Positions 1 through 12,482 of a stretch of DNA of 64,000 nt are shown here, one piece after another. Made by a program: the position numbers and the translations under genes. The stretch is from Blastocladiella emersonii ATCC 22665 (Eukaryota > Fungi > Blastocladiomycota). Numbering within the stretch: position 1 is the first letter of the stretch; every line of letters starts with the position of its first letter. The notes beneath the pieces are model-generated. The model was not told the origin of the DNA. It did no database searches and saw nothing but the letters and a program-made list of their open reading frames with translations. The stretch spans positions 372,001 through 436,000 of the forward strand of contig JANHCV010000001.1 of NCBI GenBank assembly GCA_025594325.1, written 5' to 3'.

Positions 1-17
1 CAAACACGTGGGGGAGG

Positions 18-272
18 TCAGGGTGGCGGCGCCACACGCTCGGCGCCTCCCTTCGCTCGCGAGAGCCCGCCTTGCGTCGCAGACTCGCTGCCTGCTCTGA
101 CTGCGCGGATGAAGTAGACGGCCCACTGAAATGGACCGACCAGACACAGAATCAGATCGAGCAAGCGAGCGAGCGTGCCGCTAGCGTCGCGGTCCGTGGG
201 TTCTGCGGGTTCCAGCTGCGCCGGCGCCAGGCGCGCCTGGTCTCGTTCCAAGTCATCGGGCTCTTCTGTCAT
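18..272 (-). CDS. possible small hypothetical protein (84 aa) with one hydrophobic stretch
   Basis: ATG at 272 inside ORF 18..794 gives MTEEPDDLERDQ...TLARLLDLILCLVGPFQWAVYFIRAV. No recognisable motif. Confidence 0.25.
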   Translation of the reverse strand: MTEEPDDLERDQARLAPAQLEPAEPTDRDASGTLARLLDLILCLVGPFQWAVYFIRAVRAGSESATQGGLSRAKGGAERVAPPP

Positions 273-718
273 CGCGAGCGGTGCGAGCGATGCGACCGGT
301 GGGCCATGGCGCGCTTCCGCGCGAGCGCGTCTCGCACGCCGGCGGGCTCCCACGGTCGCGCCGTTCCCACGCGTCGACGCGTTTCGTCTTCGCCGAGTCG
401 CCGTGTCGGTCGCTGCGCATCCTCCCTCTCCCTCCTCGTCGCCCCGCCATCTAACGGGCTGCGTTCGCACTTGCACTCTCCTCGAGCCCTCCATAGATAC
501 TCGCCCCGTCACCTTCTGGCCTTGCACACGATGTCGATGGTACCGCCGCCCCCTCCCCCCGCCGCCTCCACCACCCACCACCCGCCTCGGCCGCTGACCA
601 CGCGCCCTTCCCCATGTAGCCGGAGCCCTCGCACAAGAAGCGCCGGTGCGGCAGCAACCGCCCGCTCGGTACCGACGAGCCCTCGGCGTCCGACGCGCCC
701 GTCGGTGCGCAGCTCGCG

Positions 719-3198
719 ATGCCGCCGCCGCCGCCGCCCCCATCCGCTGCTCCTCCCGGCGCCGGCAGCAACACGGACCACGCCCAGCAGACATGGGATC
801 TAGTCCATGGCGCCCTGCCGACGATGCGCGACGACGATGCCGACGCCGACGCCGCGGCGTGCCGGTCCGCCGTCTCGCGCCTCGCCGGCTGGGCCGCGGG
901 GATGCTGCGCGACCCCGCCGTCGACCAGCTCGTCGCCGGCAGTGCCGCAGGCGACCACGGTCCAGAGCAGCGCGCGGCGCGCGCCCTCCCGCTCGTCCTC
1001 GCCGCCATTGACCGCGCGTGCGGCGTGCCCGGCGTGCCCGGCGCCCTGCCCATCGCCTCCGACCCCGCGGTCACGGTGCTCGTGACGCTCCTACAACTTC
1101 CCGTCCTCCTCGTCGCCGCCGCCCCGCCCGGCAACCGCCCCACCAGCAAGCCCGCGAAGGCCACCGCGGGCCGCCTGCTCTCCGAGCTCAAGGGCCTGCT
1201 CGCCGCGGTGCGCGCCACGGCCCCGTGGCTGCTCACCCACCTCGCCCTGCCTGTGCCGACCTGGACGGGCCTCGTCAAGCTCGGCGACCACCCGGCCGCC
1301 TGCCTCGACGCCCACTGGACCGCGGACCCCGCGCACGGCCCGCCCACCCTCGTCGCCCTCGACTTCCTCACCATCGTCGCCGGGTTCACGTGGAGCCCCG
1401 ACGCGCTCAACGCCCTCCTCGAGTCGCCGCGCCCCCGCGGCCACCGCCCGATCGGCGACCTGTTCCTCAACGAGGCCATCTTCGCGCGCATCCTCGCCGA
1501 CATTGCCGCGCTGACGGCGGCCCAGCGCGCCGGCTCCGCGTCGGGCGCCGACGCGGTGCTGCAGGTGCTGGCCCTCCTCGCCGGCACCGGCTGGCCCAAC
1601 GCGGCGGCGAACCCGGACCACGCCGAGGACCTCGACAAGTCGCTGGCGTGCAACGACGGGCTCGTTTGGCAGCTCGCTTCTTCCCGTGCCTGCACGCTCC
1701 TCGGCCCGCGCTCGTGGGCCACGGTCGTGCGCCTGGATCTCGCCACCGACGGGGCCAGCCCCACCCAGCACGGGCTGCAGCTCATGCAGGGCCACATCAA
1801 GCGGTCGCCCGAGGACTGGCCATCGACGCTCGGTATCGGTACGCGCGCGCGCCTTCAGCAGCAGCAGCAGCAGCAGCAGTGGCGGCGGCGGGTCCTGCCC
1901 TCCCGCTCGGCCACTCGCTCGCTACTCGGGGGTTCCCTTTCACTGACTCGCACCATCATCCCCCTTTCATCCCCCGCATAGCGATTGTGTCGGCGCTTCT
2001 TTTTGACGAGGACGCGCCCCGCGGCTTCCAGCCGACGCTCAAGTTCGCCCGCACCCTCGTCCCCGACAATGCGAAATTTTTCGATCGCGTCCTGCCCGCG
2101 TGCGCCGTCAAGCTGGCCCAGGGACTCGGTCGCGGGCTGGCCTCCTTCCATTCCCGCCAGAAGCCGGAGGTGCGGGAGCAGGCGCGGGCGCAGCGGCGCC
2201 AGGCGTCCTCGCCGGCGGCCCCGTCGCACCACCACCACCAGCAGCAGCAGAACCAGGACCACCTTCACCACCAGGAGCAGCAGCAGCAGGAGCGGCAGCC
2301 TCGCCTGTACGACCAGCAGCCTGCGCACCGACTCGTCGACGTCGCCGCCCGCGCGCCGTGGAGCGAGGGCGCCGCCGAGCCGTGGGTCGTGTTCGCCGTC
2401 CTCCTCGTCGTCACGGCGAGCCTCGCGCACATCAACACCAGCAACGTCGGCCGCGCGACGTACGATGCGTACCAGGCGGGCGTCATGCACCACTTCATGC
2501 TTTGCATGATGTCCGATGCGCAGTTTGCGCCGCTCACCGCGGCTGCCATCGGGTCCGCGCCCACGGACCAGATCCGCAACACGCTGCTCGGCCTCGTCGG
2601 CAAGGCCAAGGCGGCTGGCCCGCTCATTTCGGGCTTCCTCATGGCCATGTTCGGCACCGACCCCGCCGACCCCGCCGACCCCGCCGACCCCGCCGAGACC
2701 ACCACCACCGCCACTGCCGCCACCGACCGCGACGTGCCGCGGGACTTCGACTGCCCGCGCTGCGCGCTGCTGCACCAGCGCGGGTCGTTCGCCGCGTTTG
2801 AGGCCCTGCTCCGCCTCTTCGGCCACCTCCGCGAGTCGACGGGTCTCGCCGCGCTCGTCAAGGACGCCGCCGACGGTCTCCACTCGTACCTGCGCGTGTA
2901 CCGCCACGCGGGCTCGGCGGCGGCGCGGCTGGCAACGTCGTCCTTGCGCGCTGCTGGCGCGTCGCAGCCGCAGCCCGTGGCCGCCGTGCCCAGCGTGCGC
3001 CCGTGCGGGTGCGACGGCAACCCGCGGTTGACGGCGGCGACGCTCGTGTGCGGCCTGATCCCCGATACGGTCCGCGAGATGTTCCACGCCGACGTGTACT
3101 ACCGCGGTCCGCCGCCGGTGATGGTGTGCCAGCTCATTGACATGGCCACGGCCAAGTACAACAACAGCAACGCCATCACCAACAACAACGACCAGTGA
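719..3198 (+). CDS. hypothetical protein, two exons (719-1838, 1982-3198), with Gln/His-rich and Asp-Pro-Ala repeat segments
   Basis: ORFs 719..1981 and 1018..3198 join in phase 1 through intron 1839-1981 (GTACGC donor, CTGAC branch, CATAG acceptor). Strong GC3 codon bias in both exons. No recognisable domain. Confidence 0.7.
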
Positions 3199-4084
3199 GT
3201 CGACGGACGGACGGACGGACGGACTGGTGACGCGTACGCCGCCCGTCCCGTCCCGCTGGCCGCCGTCGCTGTCGTCGTCGCTGCGCTCCCGCTTTCCCTC
3301 CCTTTCCCGCTGCTGTTGCTCGCCCGCTGCTGTTGATCCCTCTACACTCGACTCCCTCCTCCGCCACCACCAACCCGCGGCCAAGAAAGCCATGACGGGG
3401 CTCCCTCTCCTCCCCTCCCCTCCCCTCTCCTCCCCTCCCCTCCCTCTTGCGAAATCCGTCCTCCCTCTCTCTCTCTACTGCAACCCATCCCTCGTCTTTC
3501 TCTGTCCAACCCGTTCCCTCCTGTGTCCCTGTGCGCGTCTATCTCCCTGCACCGACCTCCTACCTAGCACACTATCCCCTAGCATCTTATTCCAATCCCG
3601 GCGCGCAATTAATACAAGGACGCTCATCTTCTTCATCATCGCATCCGCACCGTCCGCTTGCCTCTGCTCTCAGCTCCCGCTCCCGCTCCCACTCTCGTAT
3701 CGTCGGCCTTCCGGGAGAGAGAGCTTGTGCGCGCGGCATCGCGCTGTTGGGAGAAGCCGGCGCGCGCAGCGCAGTGAGTGACCCGCCCGTCTCGACGCAC
3801 TCGGACAGGGAGGCTCTTGGATTCTTTTGACCAAGACCAGATTCTGCGCCGGCGCACCATGTAGTGCCATGCAAAGCAGCTCGAGGTGCTCCGTGCCGCG
3901 ATGGTTTCGACTCGAGAGCTCAGGACGCGCTGCGCCACACGCGAGGAGTGGCGGACCGATCTTGTGACGGATGGTTGACTCCGCTCGCCTCGTCATCCCG
4001 CCGTTGAAAGACTCGCTCGCCGCTCTCTCCCCATTCTCATGAAGCTCGCGAACCCACGACATGTAAGCTCATGCAAAGCGCGCA

Positions 4085-5652
4085 TTGCGCTTCGAGGACC
4101 GGCCTGCCGTGCTTGTGGCGTTGGAGCTTCGCGCTTGCCATCCCGCGGCCCGCCGTCCCGCTCTCGAACAGCTGGCTTCGCGACTAAGCTTCCGTGTCGC
4201 CGGCGGTTCAATGGGCTTGGAGATGCACGTCCATGTTCGAGCCGGAGCGTTGCGGGTCGTCCAACGCGCGTTACTTTGAACAAGGACGCCCCGGGATCCC
4301 CGGCCCAAACGACCCCACCCCGTTCGCGCTGTACATCAAATACCTCGTAACGGTGGGATTGAGGACTTTGTGCCGGCGATCGTCTACCTCTTCTCGCTGG
4401 ATTCCCGGTCCCGACATTTTCGACGACGCGACCGTTGCGCAGCGTATTGCCCGCTCTACTTGCCCGAGCGTACCGAGCCCGCCGTCTGCCCGAACGGCGG
4501 TGGCAGTGTCGTAGACTCAAACTTGGACTTGGACCCAGCCGCCCTTCTTGTCTGTCTGCATTCCCGTGACTCGGGGGGGGGGGCGAATCCATTTTTTCGC
4601 GTTGCGCGGGCTCGCGGTGCTGTTTGCGGCCCAGGGCCGCGTCGATCACCTTTGCGCCGTCCTCGATGCCCTCCTGCCCGTGCACATGACGTGCCCTCGC
4701 ATGCGGCTCGACGATTGGCTCGACTTTGACGCGGACTGGCGGGACTTTGTTCGTTCGTTACACGGTCAAGGATCACGCTGGCTCTGTGCAACGGGAGGTG
4801 ACGCAGCTTGGGTTCGAGAACACCCGCCGCCGCCTCACGCTCATTGAGTACCTTGCGCTGGTAGCGTTGAAATGGTGGCAGCCCGACGGCTTTGCTGTTC
4901 TCGAATCGCCGGAATGCGGATTCCACAAGCGAGCCTTCCTCGACGCAGTGGAGGAGTTTGATTATCTCGCGATCGAAGGAGCCGCGCTCCTGATTACCAG
5001 TAGCAGCACGCCCTCGTCGTCGTCACCTCAGCGCTGCTGGAGCCCGGAAGCACCCGGCGTTGGATGCGTTTCCGCGTCGCCCGCTGTTCATTTCCACATC
5101 ACCGAGCCGTTGTGGGCTCCCTGGCAGTACGCGGTGCACGGCATGCTGACCAGGCTCGCCAACTTTGCTTTCACCGCTGACGCGCTGCCCGAGACTGTCC
5201 GCAACTCGTTGTTCTCGCAGGAGGCGCTGGGTCGAGCTGCTGCCGCGTTGAACCGCCGCAGGGAACTTGTCGGCAGCGGCGGTACTGCCGCTGGTCCCGG
5301 GACCGAAACGGCATGAATAATCAAGCAGCTGCACCGCGCTGCGCCTGCTGTCCTTATCAACGACCTCGTCCGCGCCAGTGTCGCGAGTCCGGCGTGTGTG
5401 TGGCGTGTGCTTCCGCGCGGCGCGCTTGACGGGCTGCGGTCAGCCGAGTGGCTGCTCGCTGCCGCGATCGTAGTCATGGAGCGGCTTTTCATCATCTGGA
5501 CAGTCGTGGAGAAGGTGCCCTGCGCGAGACGCTGGCCGGCCTTTTTCTCTGCGGCAGCCGAGACTGCCCGCTCGGCCCAGTTCCGCGACCTTTTCGGGGC
5601 CGAATGCGGCTGGCGCGCGCTCAATGTCGCCGAGTTCCTGCCGGCCTCTTGA
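4085..5652 (+). pseudogene. disrupted hypothetical gene (about four frameshifts plus one in-frame TGA)
   Basis: Protein-like reading hops across ORFs 4085..4279, 4194..4514, 4370..4729, 4548..4847 and 4726..5316. After TGA 5314-5316 the same frame continues (IIKQLHRAAPAVLINDLV...) into ORF 5398..5652. One shift sits at the G11 run 4573-4583. Confidence 0.55.
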
Positions 5653-7982
5653 TTCGTGTTTCGAATGAAAACCGCCTACATGGAAGATATCGATCGACAT
5701 GCGGCGTGAAGGAGAGACACGGTACCAAAACCAAAAGGGAGGGAAGGAGTGAGGGATGATGGTTCGGGAAGTCACCGCCCGCCATAGGGGCTCGCAACAG
5801 AGGTTCGCCTGGTGGGACCCACGCCGCGGTTTCGATGATGAGATTCGAACCCATTGCGACGTTCTCGCACTTTTCCTGACCCAAGCGGCGGCCCAGCATG
5901 GCGGTGACAGGAGCCCTGCTGTGTGGTGCGGTCGGAACGGCCAAGTGGTCTGTGCGTGGTCGTGGTTCGCGGGGCCGACGGTCCTATCATCGTCGTTGTG
6001 CTTTCGTTCGCGCGAGGCATTTGCGGGTTGCTGGGCGCGGGCGCGAGACACGGTGCGCGGGAGAGGCGCGGGGTGCGAGACACTGGGTGCGAGACGCGAC
6101 GATCAAACACGTGAGTGGCGGCGGTGATCACCGCGCCCCTCGCACCACTGTATCCGACCGTCGTCAGGACACGACAGCGGCGCAACGTCGTCGGGATTGT
6201 CGAATGACGAGGAAACCTTCGAGTGGGTCGACCGAGCTCGGCGCCGGACAAGATCGGCTGCTCGCGCCAAAGGACGCGCTGCGCCACAGCACAGATTGCT
6301 CTGACCTCGAATACTCGACTATTGACGACGACCTGGAAATCCGGGACAAGGATAGGGAGAACCCAAACCGTCCACGCGTGACCTAGGCGCGTGCGCTCGG
6401 CATCAGGTCGTCCCACTCGCCGCCGCCGCGCGTTCAAACACTATTCGCGAATACCCAAGCCCGTCCGTCCCTTCCCAAGTCGTCAGCTCGCTGCAACTCA
6501 CGTCACAGCAACACTCTGTTGTCCTTGAATAGCGCTCCACGGTGGTCCTCAAAGTGCTTATGGAGTGGTCTTCGCCGTGCTGGGCGGTATGCGAGGGGGA
6601 GCGCGTGCGCTGGCGTCGGATTGATTCGGATATACTAGAGTCCCGCTACTGTGAGAGGCCTAGACTCGGCATTCAGGTCGCGCTTCGCACGTCCAGTTGC
6701 TCATCACGCTGATCCTAGCGCTCAGGTCGAGACAGGACGAGTAGTGCAGGTTGCAGAGGACGGCAGCCTGTGCTAAGATGTATGAACAACAGCAAGGACC
6801 TGACGAGAACCGTTTGTACTCGGACAGCAGGAGCTTGGCGGACCCGAATCCGACCACGGCAGAGGAGATCGGCTACGGGAGCGAGCGGCGCGCGAGATTC
6901 CATGGACGTGGTTCGCACGGGCAGAGCGGACTGTTCTTTTCACGGCGCCCGCACGAACCACGTCAAAGGGGAAAAATCCATGCGATGCGTGCTGTTTTCA
7001 ACCGAGTCGTCGCGAGCTAGAAGCTTGGTTAAGGGTCCGACGGAGAAGTGCTCGCGCAGCTCCTCGTGAGTCTCACGCCGGTCCCGAGTCCGCAGGTCGG
7101 TTGGGCCGGATATGACGGTTGCAGCAGGTCAAACGAATTGTCATGCTCGGGATCTAAGCCGCCAGGGCCTGCTTCGAGCATACCTGAGATGTTGAGAGTG
7201 GTGATCTAGCCTTTTGACGACGAGACGAACCGCCGTGTGCGGTGCAGACTGCCGTGGTACCAACCATGCCAAGGACCACAATCGCGAGCCGCACGAAGAG
7301 CAGCCTCAGGGCGAGGTGCCAGAAGTGGTCGTGCGCGGCGGTTATCAAAGAGCACTCACGATTGACGAGGCCCGTCGTTGGCGTCGAACTGGTCCAGATT
7401 AACGGCTACGCTCACGATATAGACGAAGCCTTTACAGGGCGCACTGGGGACGGAAAAGATCCACGGCGCGTGAACTCGAGCTTGTGCAGCGAGAATGGCC
7501 GCGGAGAGTGAGGTGCGACGGCGATGGTCCGCTTCGTCCGTCACCGCGACCTCGAGCACGAAGGAACACGGCCAGCCGACGGTGGCGTTCCTCCTCGTCA
7601 TCTTAAATAGCTCTCAATGCTCTCTCTCCGTTTCATCAAGTGGCGATGCATGAGCAGTCTAATCGTGTTGGGGAAGGGGAGCGAGAGCGGGCTGGTCAGC
7701 AAGGAGGACTTGGTCGCTGCTCCGCCGGCGCCCTCGGCGTTCTTCCCAGCGACGACTCGCTTCCCCGCTCTGCTGAAAGCTCTGTCCATCACGCTCTCCC
7801 GCCCATGAAAACAACAGTAGATGCAAAGAGGAAAAGATGGAGATCGTCTTGAATGTATCGAGGAAGAGGGAGGAGGAGGAGCAAGGCACCGCCGAGCGCC
7901 TCCAAGGAGAGAGCACAAAATTGGGACACGGAACAGCACGGCCCAGCCGCGCACGCACACGAGCGAGCACCAGCCGCCAAAC

Positions 7983-9179
7983 TTAGTTGACGAAGAGCAG
8001 CTTGTTGGGGGTGCCCTTGGTGCCGGTGATCTTGTTGGGCGTGGCCTTGCTGAGCAGCTGCGACACGACCTGCGAGACGGTGAAGGACGGGTTGGCGCCG
8101 AGGATCAGGCTGGCGGCGCCGGCAACGTGCGGCGACGCCATGGACGTGCCCGAGATGGTGTTGGTCGCGCCGTTGTTCCACGTGGAAGTGATGGACGACC
8201 CGGGCGCGATGATGTCGACGCACCCGCTGCCGTAGTTGGAGAAGGACGACAGCGCGTCCGTCTTGGTCGACGAGGCGACCGTCACGGCCGACGGCTCGGA
8301 CGCCGGCGACACGTTGCACGCGTCCTGCGACTCGTTGCCCGCGGCCACGACGGCCACCACGCCCGACGAGACGAGCGACTTGATGGCCGAGTTCACGGCG
8401 GCCGATTTTCCGCCACCGAGCGACATGTTGGCCACCGCCGTCTTGCCCGCGGCCTTGGCCTGCGCCGCGACCCAGTTGATGCCCGCGATCACGCCCGAGT
8501 TGGTGCCGCTGCCGTCGTCGCCGAGCACCTTGACCGCCACGATCTTGGCCCGCTTGGCCACGCCGTACGTCTTGGACGCAATGGTCCCCGCGACGTGCGT
8601 GCCGTGCCCGTTGCCGTCGCCGTTGGACCACGACGCGTCGGCCTTGAACCCGAAGGTGGCGCGGCCCTCGAGCTCCGGGTGCGACACCAGCACGCCCGTG
8701 TCGATGACGTAGGCCGTCACGCCCGCGCCGGCCGAGTCCGGGTACGTGTAGCCCGCCGCGAGGTTGAGGTTGCGCTGGCCGACGCGCGTCAGGCCCCACG
8801 AGCCCGCGGGCGTCTGCGTCGCCGTCGCGTACACGGTCGCGTCGGCCTCGACGGCCGCGACCTTGCCGTTGGCCTGCAGGCGCTTGATGAGCCCCGGCGC
8901 GAACGTGCCGGCGTAGCCCTTGAAGTCGCCCGAGATGTCAAACTCGTGGTCGATCTTGGAGATGACGCCGCCGTTCCCGGCCTCGCGCGCGTTCTCGGCG
9001 GCCACCTCGGCCTTGAGGGCGCGCGAGAAGGCCTTGAGGTCCGTCTCGCCCTTGAGCGTCACAATGTAGCGGTCCTTGAGCGACACGGGCGCGCGCACGC
9101 CGTTGTTGGGCGCCGCCTCGGTCGACGAGGCCGTGGCGAGCACGAGCGCGAGCGCGGCAATGAGGGCCTTGATCTGCAT
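7983..9179 (-). CDS. secreted subtilisin-like serine protease (S8A, proteinase K-like) with I9 propeptide, 398 aa, intronless
   Basis: Signal peptide MQIKALIAALALVLATA; propeptide RYIVTLK...FKGYAG; catalytic triad motifs AYVIDTGV, GHGTHVAGTI and SGTSMASPHVAG. Confidence 0.97.
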   Translation of the reverse strand: MQIKALIAALALVLATASSTEAAPNNGVRAPVSLKDRYIVTLKGETDLKAFSRALKAEVAAENAREAGNGGVISKIDHEFDISGDFKGYAGTFAPGLIKRLQANGKVAAVEADATVYATATQTPAGSWGLTRVGQRNLNLAAGYTYPDSAGAGVTAYVIDTGVLVSHPELEGRATFGFKADASWSNGDGNGHGTHVAGTIASKTYGVAKRAKIVAVKVLGDDGSGTNSGVIAGINWVAAQAKAAGKTAVANMSLGGGKSAAVNSAIKSLVSSGVVAVVAAGNESQDACNVSPASEPSAVTVASSTKTDALSSFSNYGSGCVDIIAPGSSITSTWNNGATNTISGTSMASPHVAGAASLILGANPSFTVSQVVSQLLSKATPNKITGTKGTPNKLLFVN

Positions 9180-10446
9180 TTTGGGGTTGGTAAACGTCTA
9201 GCGTTCTAGCGGGTTCGGGTAGCGTTGCGTGTGGTGCGGCTGCTGCTGATTCGTGGTAGAGGGAGCGGGGGACCGCCCGCTATTTATCGCCTCGGCGGTG
9301 GCCCTGTGCTGCACTACCGAGCACAGCAGCAGCAGAAGACCCTGCTGACGCGACTCGGGCACGTCATCGGAGGAGGGAGGAGGGGGGGAAGAGTTCGCGA
9401 ATCCACACGACAGCGTGCGTCGGGAACCGCGAGGGAGCGCTCGCGGCGTCAGCTGGACCCGGTCATGAACTGCCCCGCCCGCCCGCCTGACCTCGACCGG
9501 GTCGGCCGAGTTGCCCGATGAGGCGGAGCGCGCGAGTCCGCGGCCGATCGCTGCAGCCGCTGATTGGCCGCAGCGGTGAGAAACGAACAACCGACGCCGC
9601 AAACTCGCGCGCTTTTTCGTTCCGCCCGGCCTTGTGACCGAAAAACCGCGTGATGTGGCGCAACGCGTCGCCTCGTGGGAACCGCTCGTCCCATCGCCGA
9701 ACCCTCGCGAATGCCCACGGTTCGCCGAGTTCGCGAGCATCCCTGGACTCCTCAGAAACGTCACAGGGCAGATGACGTGCTCCCGCCTCAAAGGGAGAGA
9801 TCCCGCGTTGCCGGCCCACCCTCGAAAGCTCGCGGATCTCCGCGCGGGAGGACGCCGGGATCAACTGACCTCGGCCTCTCGCGTCACCGCGGGAACCTGC
9901 GGCTGGACGGATGCGTTGTGGCGGCGGCTGGGGGCGCTCCGGGAGGCGCCTCGCAAGGGAACTGTGGCGCAACGCCTCTCAACATACGGTTTCGACTACC
10001 GCGGCCCGATTCAGCAAAAATGTGTCACCCACGTGAAGTGCACGATGCGTTGTGCCACCGCTTCTCACACCAGGGCGCCCGACCTGTGTGGCGTGCCTGA
10101 ATTGCTGGTCACTCCGTCACCCGAGGGAAAATACGCAAGGACGCATACTCCATAGCGGCGAACTGGCCCGCGGTCCGTTGCATCAGCTTCCATGGTCTGC
10201 TTAAAGGGGAGGGTGCCAATATCGCCGACGGTCAAGGGGAGAAGCGACCAGCCGCGGCGACCAAACGCGAGTGAGTCGTATCAGCACGCGTCGCTGCGGG
10301 CTGTCAAAGAATTCAGCCACACAAGAGTGGCGCGGCGCGTCCTGGGCGAGACTTGCGCGCTCAAGTCCGCTACGTCCGTCAAATTGTGCAGCATAGCAAA
10401 CCCACTTAACATTTATATCCAGCTCAAACGACGACCTGCTAACACT

Positions 10447-12482
10447 TCATCCTTTCACGTCAAGCAGCTGGATATCGACCATGAACCGGAACACTCCGTC
10501 GTTTCCGATCCTGGTCAGCGGTAGCCAGTGGTCGCACTCCAGCACCACGCCGTACCCGCGATTGACTACGACGGGCGGAGTCCACGGCTCGGCGACCGAT
10601 TCCGAGATAACAATGCTGGGCAGATGGGGGCCGAAGATTTCTGGCGTGAGAGCAATGTGCGGAATGCACAAGCTCCGATATAGCACTCCACCGTCATAGT
10701 GGGACCGGCGCACGCGATGATCTCGATAGGTCCGAAGTCGAAAGCGAGCCGTGGGAGGCACATCGGGCTCGGCGGGGAAGCTGCTGCCGCTGACCTCGGA
10801 CGGCGCGGGTCGGACGTCGCTCCGGCGAGTGCTAGGGCGCGGGACAATATGAGGTTTGACGTCGGTTAGAGTCACGCGGCGATCGTGGATGGACGACATA
10901 CATTAGAATCTTGAACAATGCGCGTTCATTGGAGCGGTAAACGCGGGCGGCCACCGTCCAGCGGGTCCCCGAAGCGCCCGTTTCGTCCCACAAAATGGTC
11001 TCGTTATGTTTTTCAAAAGCGGGCGACCAACTGGTGGAGATGACGAGCTCCGTCCACTCGCCACTCGACTGAGAAGCCAGGACCTGCGCGGCATTGAGCG
11101 CGTCGGGTCGATCATCGCAAGCCATGAGAAGCGCTTGACGCGCTGGAGAATCGAAGTCAAGGAGCGCCCAGCTGCCGTGCAAGCACGCGGCGCTGGTCAA
11201 TGTCCCAAGCTTAGCCTGTCGCCGTGTCTTTCGTACGGCATCGGCATCGTAGAAGGCGGAACGAATGCAGTTACGAAGGACCGCATTGCTCTCAACAAGT
11301 GGCGAGTTGAGCACGGTCTGCTGATCGTCGAACGGTATCAGGTGGAAGCGAACTGCAAGCAGAAGCTTGTCGGCGGGAATCTTGAGTTTGACCAAGAATT
11401 CGAAACGCTCGCGTTCCGAGGGCGCGAAGAATGCGGGCGACAGTACGACCTGATAAACCAGCTCGCGCGGGCAGACTTTGAGGACGTGGAACGTGAGCGG
11501 ATGCGTTCCGAGGAACTGGAAGTGCGCGATCGAGGTCGAGAGCATCTGGCTAAGCGATGGCGAAAGAGATTGATCCGCAAGGCAGTACGTCATACCCTCG
11601 ACAATGAACACGACCCAGTTGAGAAGCGGCTTATCGTCGAGGGCCGTGCAGTCGGCCAGGTTCCAAGCGTAAAAGTTGAAGCAAATCTCGGCCAAATCGG
11701 GGAGACCTGGGCGCGGCGGCTGTGAGTTCAGGGTTCTCCAACAAGTTAATGGCAGGACACCACGTACCAAAATGCAAGGCGATCTCGACAACGTCAAGAA
11801 AATGCTCGAAAATAATCCGGCCCGTGAGCGCCGAGATGCATCCGCCATAGAGCAAGACGACCACGGTTTCCCACGCGTGAACCGCGCGCTCTACTGCATC
11901 CGGCTCGCCCACCGCATTTGGCGGGGTGAAAGCGAGGTGGACGACGGGTGGGCCGCCAAGCATGGGTGCGTGCCACGCATCCTCGAGCAGCTGATCGAAG
12001 TAGGCAAACTGGGAGAGGACAAACCGGTGGAGATGGTAGGTGTGGCCGTGAAGCACAACCGATACGTCCGAGCGATGGCCAGTTGCGCCCAAGTTGCGGA
12101 TTCGGCGCGCCGTGTGCGAGAGGTGGACGTCGCAATCACAGGGATCAGTAAGCGAGTCGCTAATGGACTTCGCCTTGTGATGAAAGTGCATCGCATGCAT
12201 GCCAAAGAGGAGCGGGTCATGGGATGAATATCTTTGCGGTGCAGGAACCGTCAATTTGCTTCCCACGGACCCGCAGGCAAAAGCAGGGCGTGGGACGACG
12301 GTGGCATTTCCGCGTAGACTAGCCAAGTCCGGACCCGTGTTGGGCTCGTCGGCGTCCGACTCGGAGTAGTCGGACGGGTAGTCGCGGTGATTGACGTTGT
12401 TGTGGCCGCGCGTTGGCAAGAGGCGGAGGAGGCCGTCCTGCGACTGATAAGCAAGATCCGGGTCCGTTGCATCAGCTTGCAT
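10447..12482 (-). CDS. BTB/POZ-domain protein, three exons (12482-11768, 11706-10902, 10831-10447)
   Basis: BTB-like SDVSVVLHGHTYHLHRFVLSQFAYFDQLL...LLYGG...FG|GLPDLAEIC. Introns 11767-11707 (GTACGT..CCAG) and 10901-10832 (GTATGT..CTAG) join the three ORFs in frame. Confidence 0.7.

Noticed and set aside
2660-2696. Short tandem units (CCCCGCCGA x4; also GACG at 3202-3224 and GAGTGAACGAA at 23852-23877) as CRISPR-like arrays
   Set aside because: No spacers; these are simple coding repeats or microsatellites in a eukaryotic genome.
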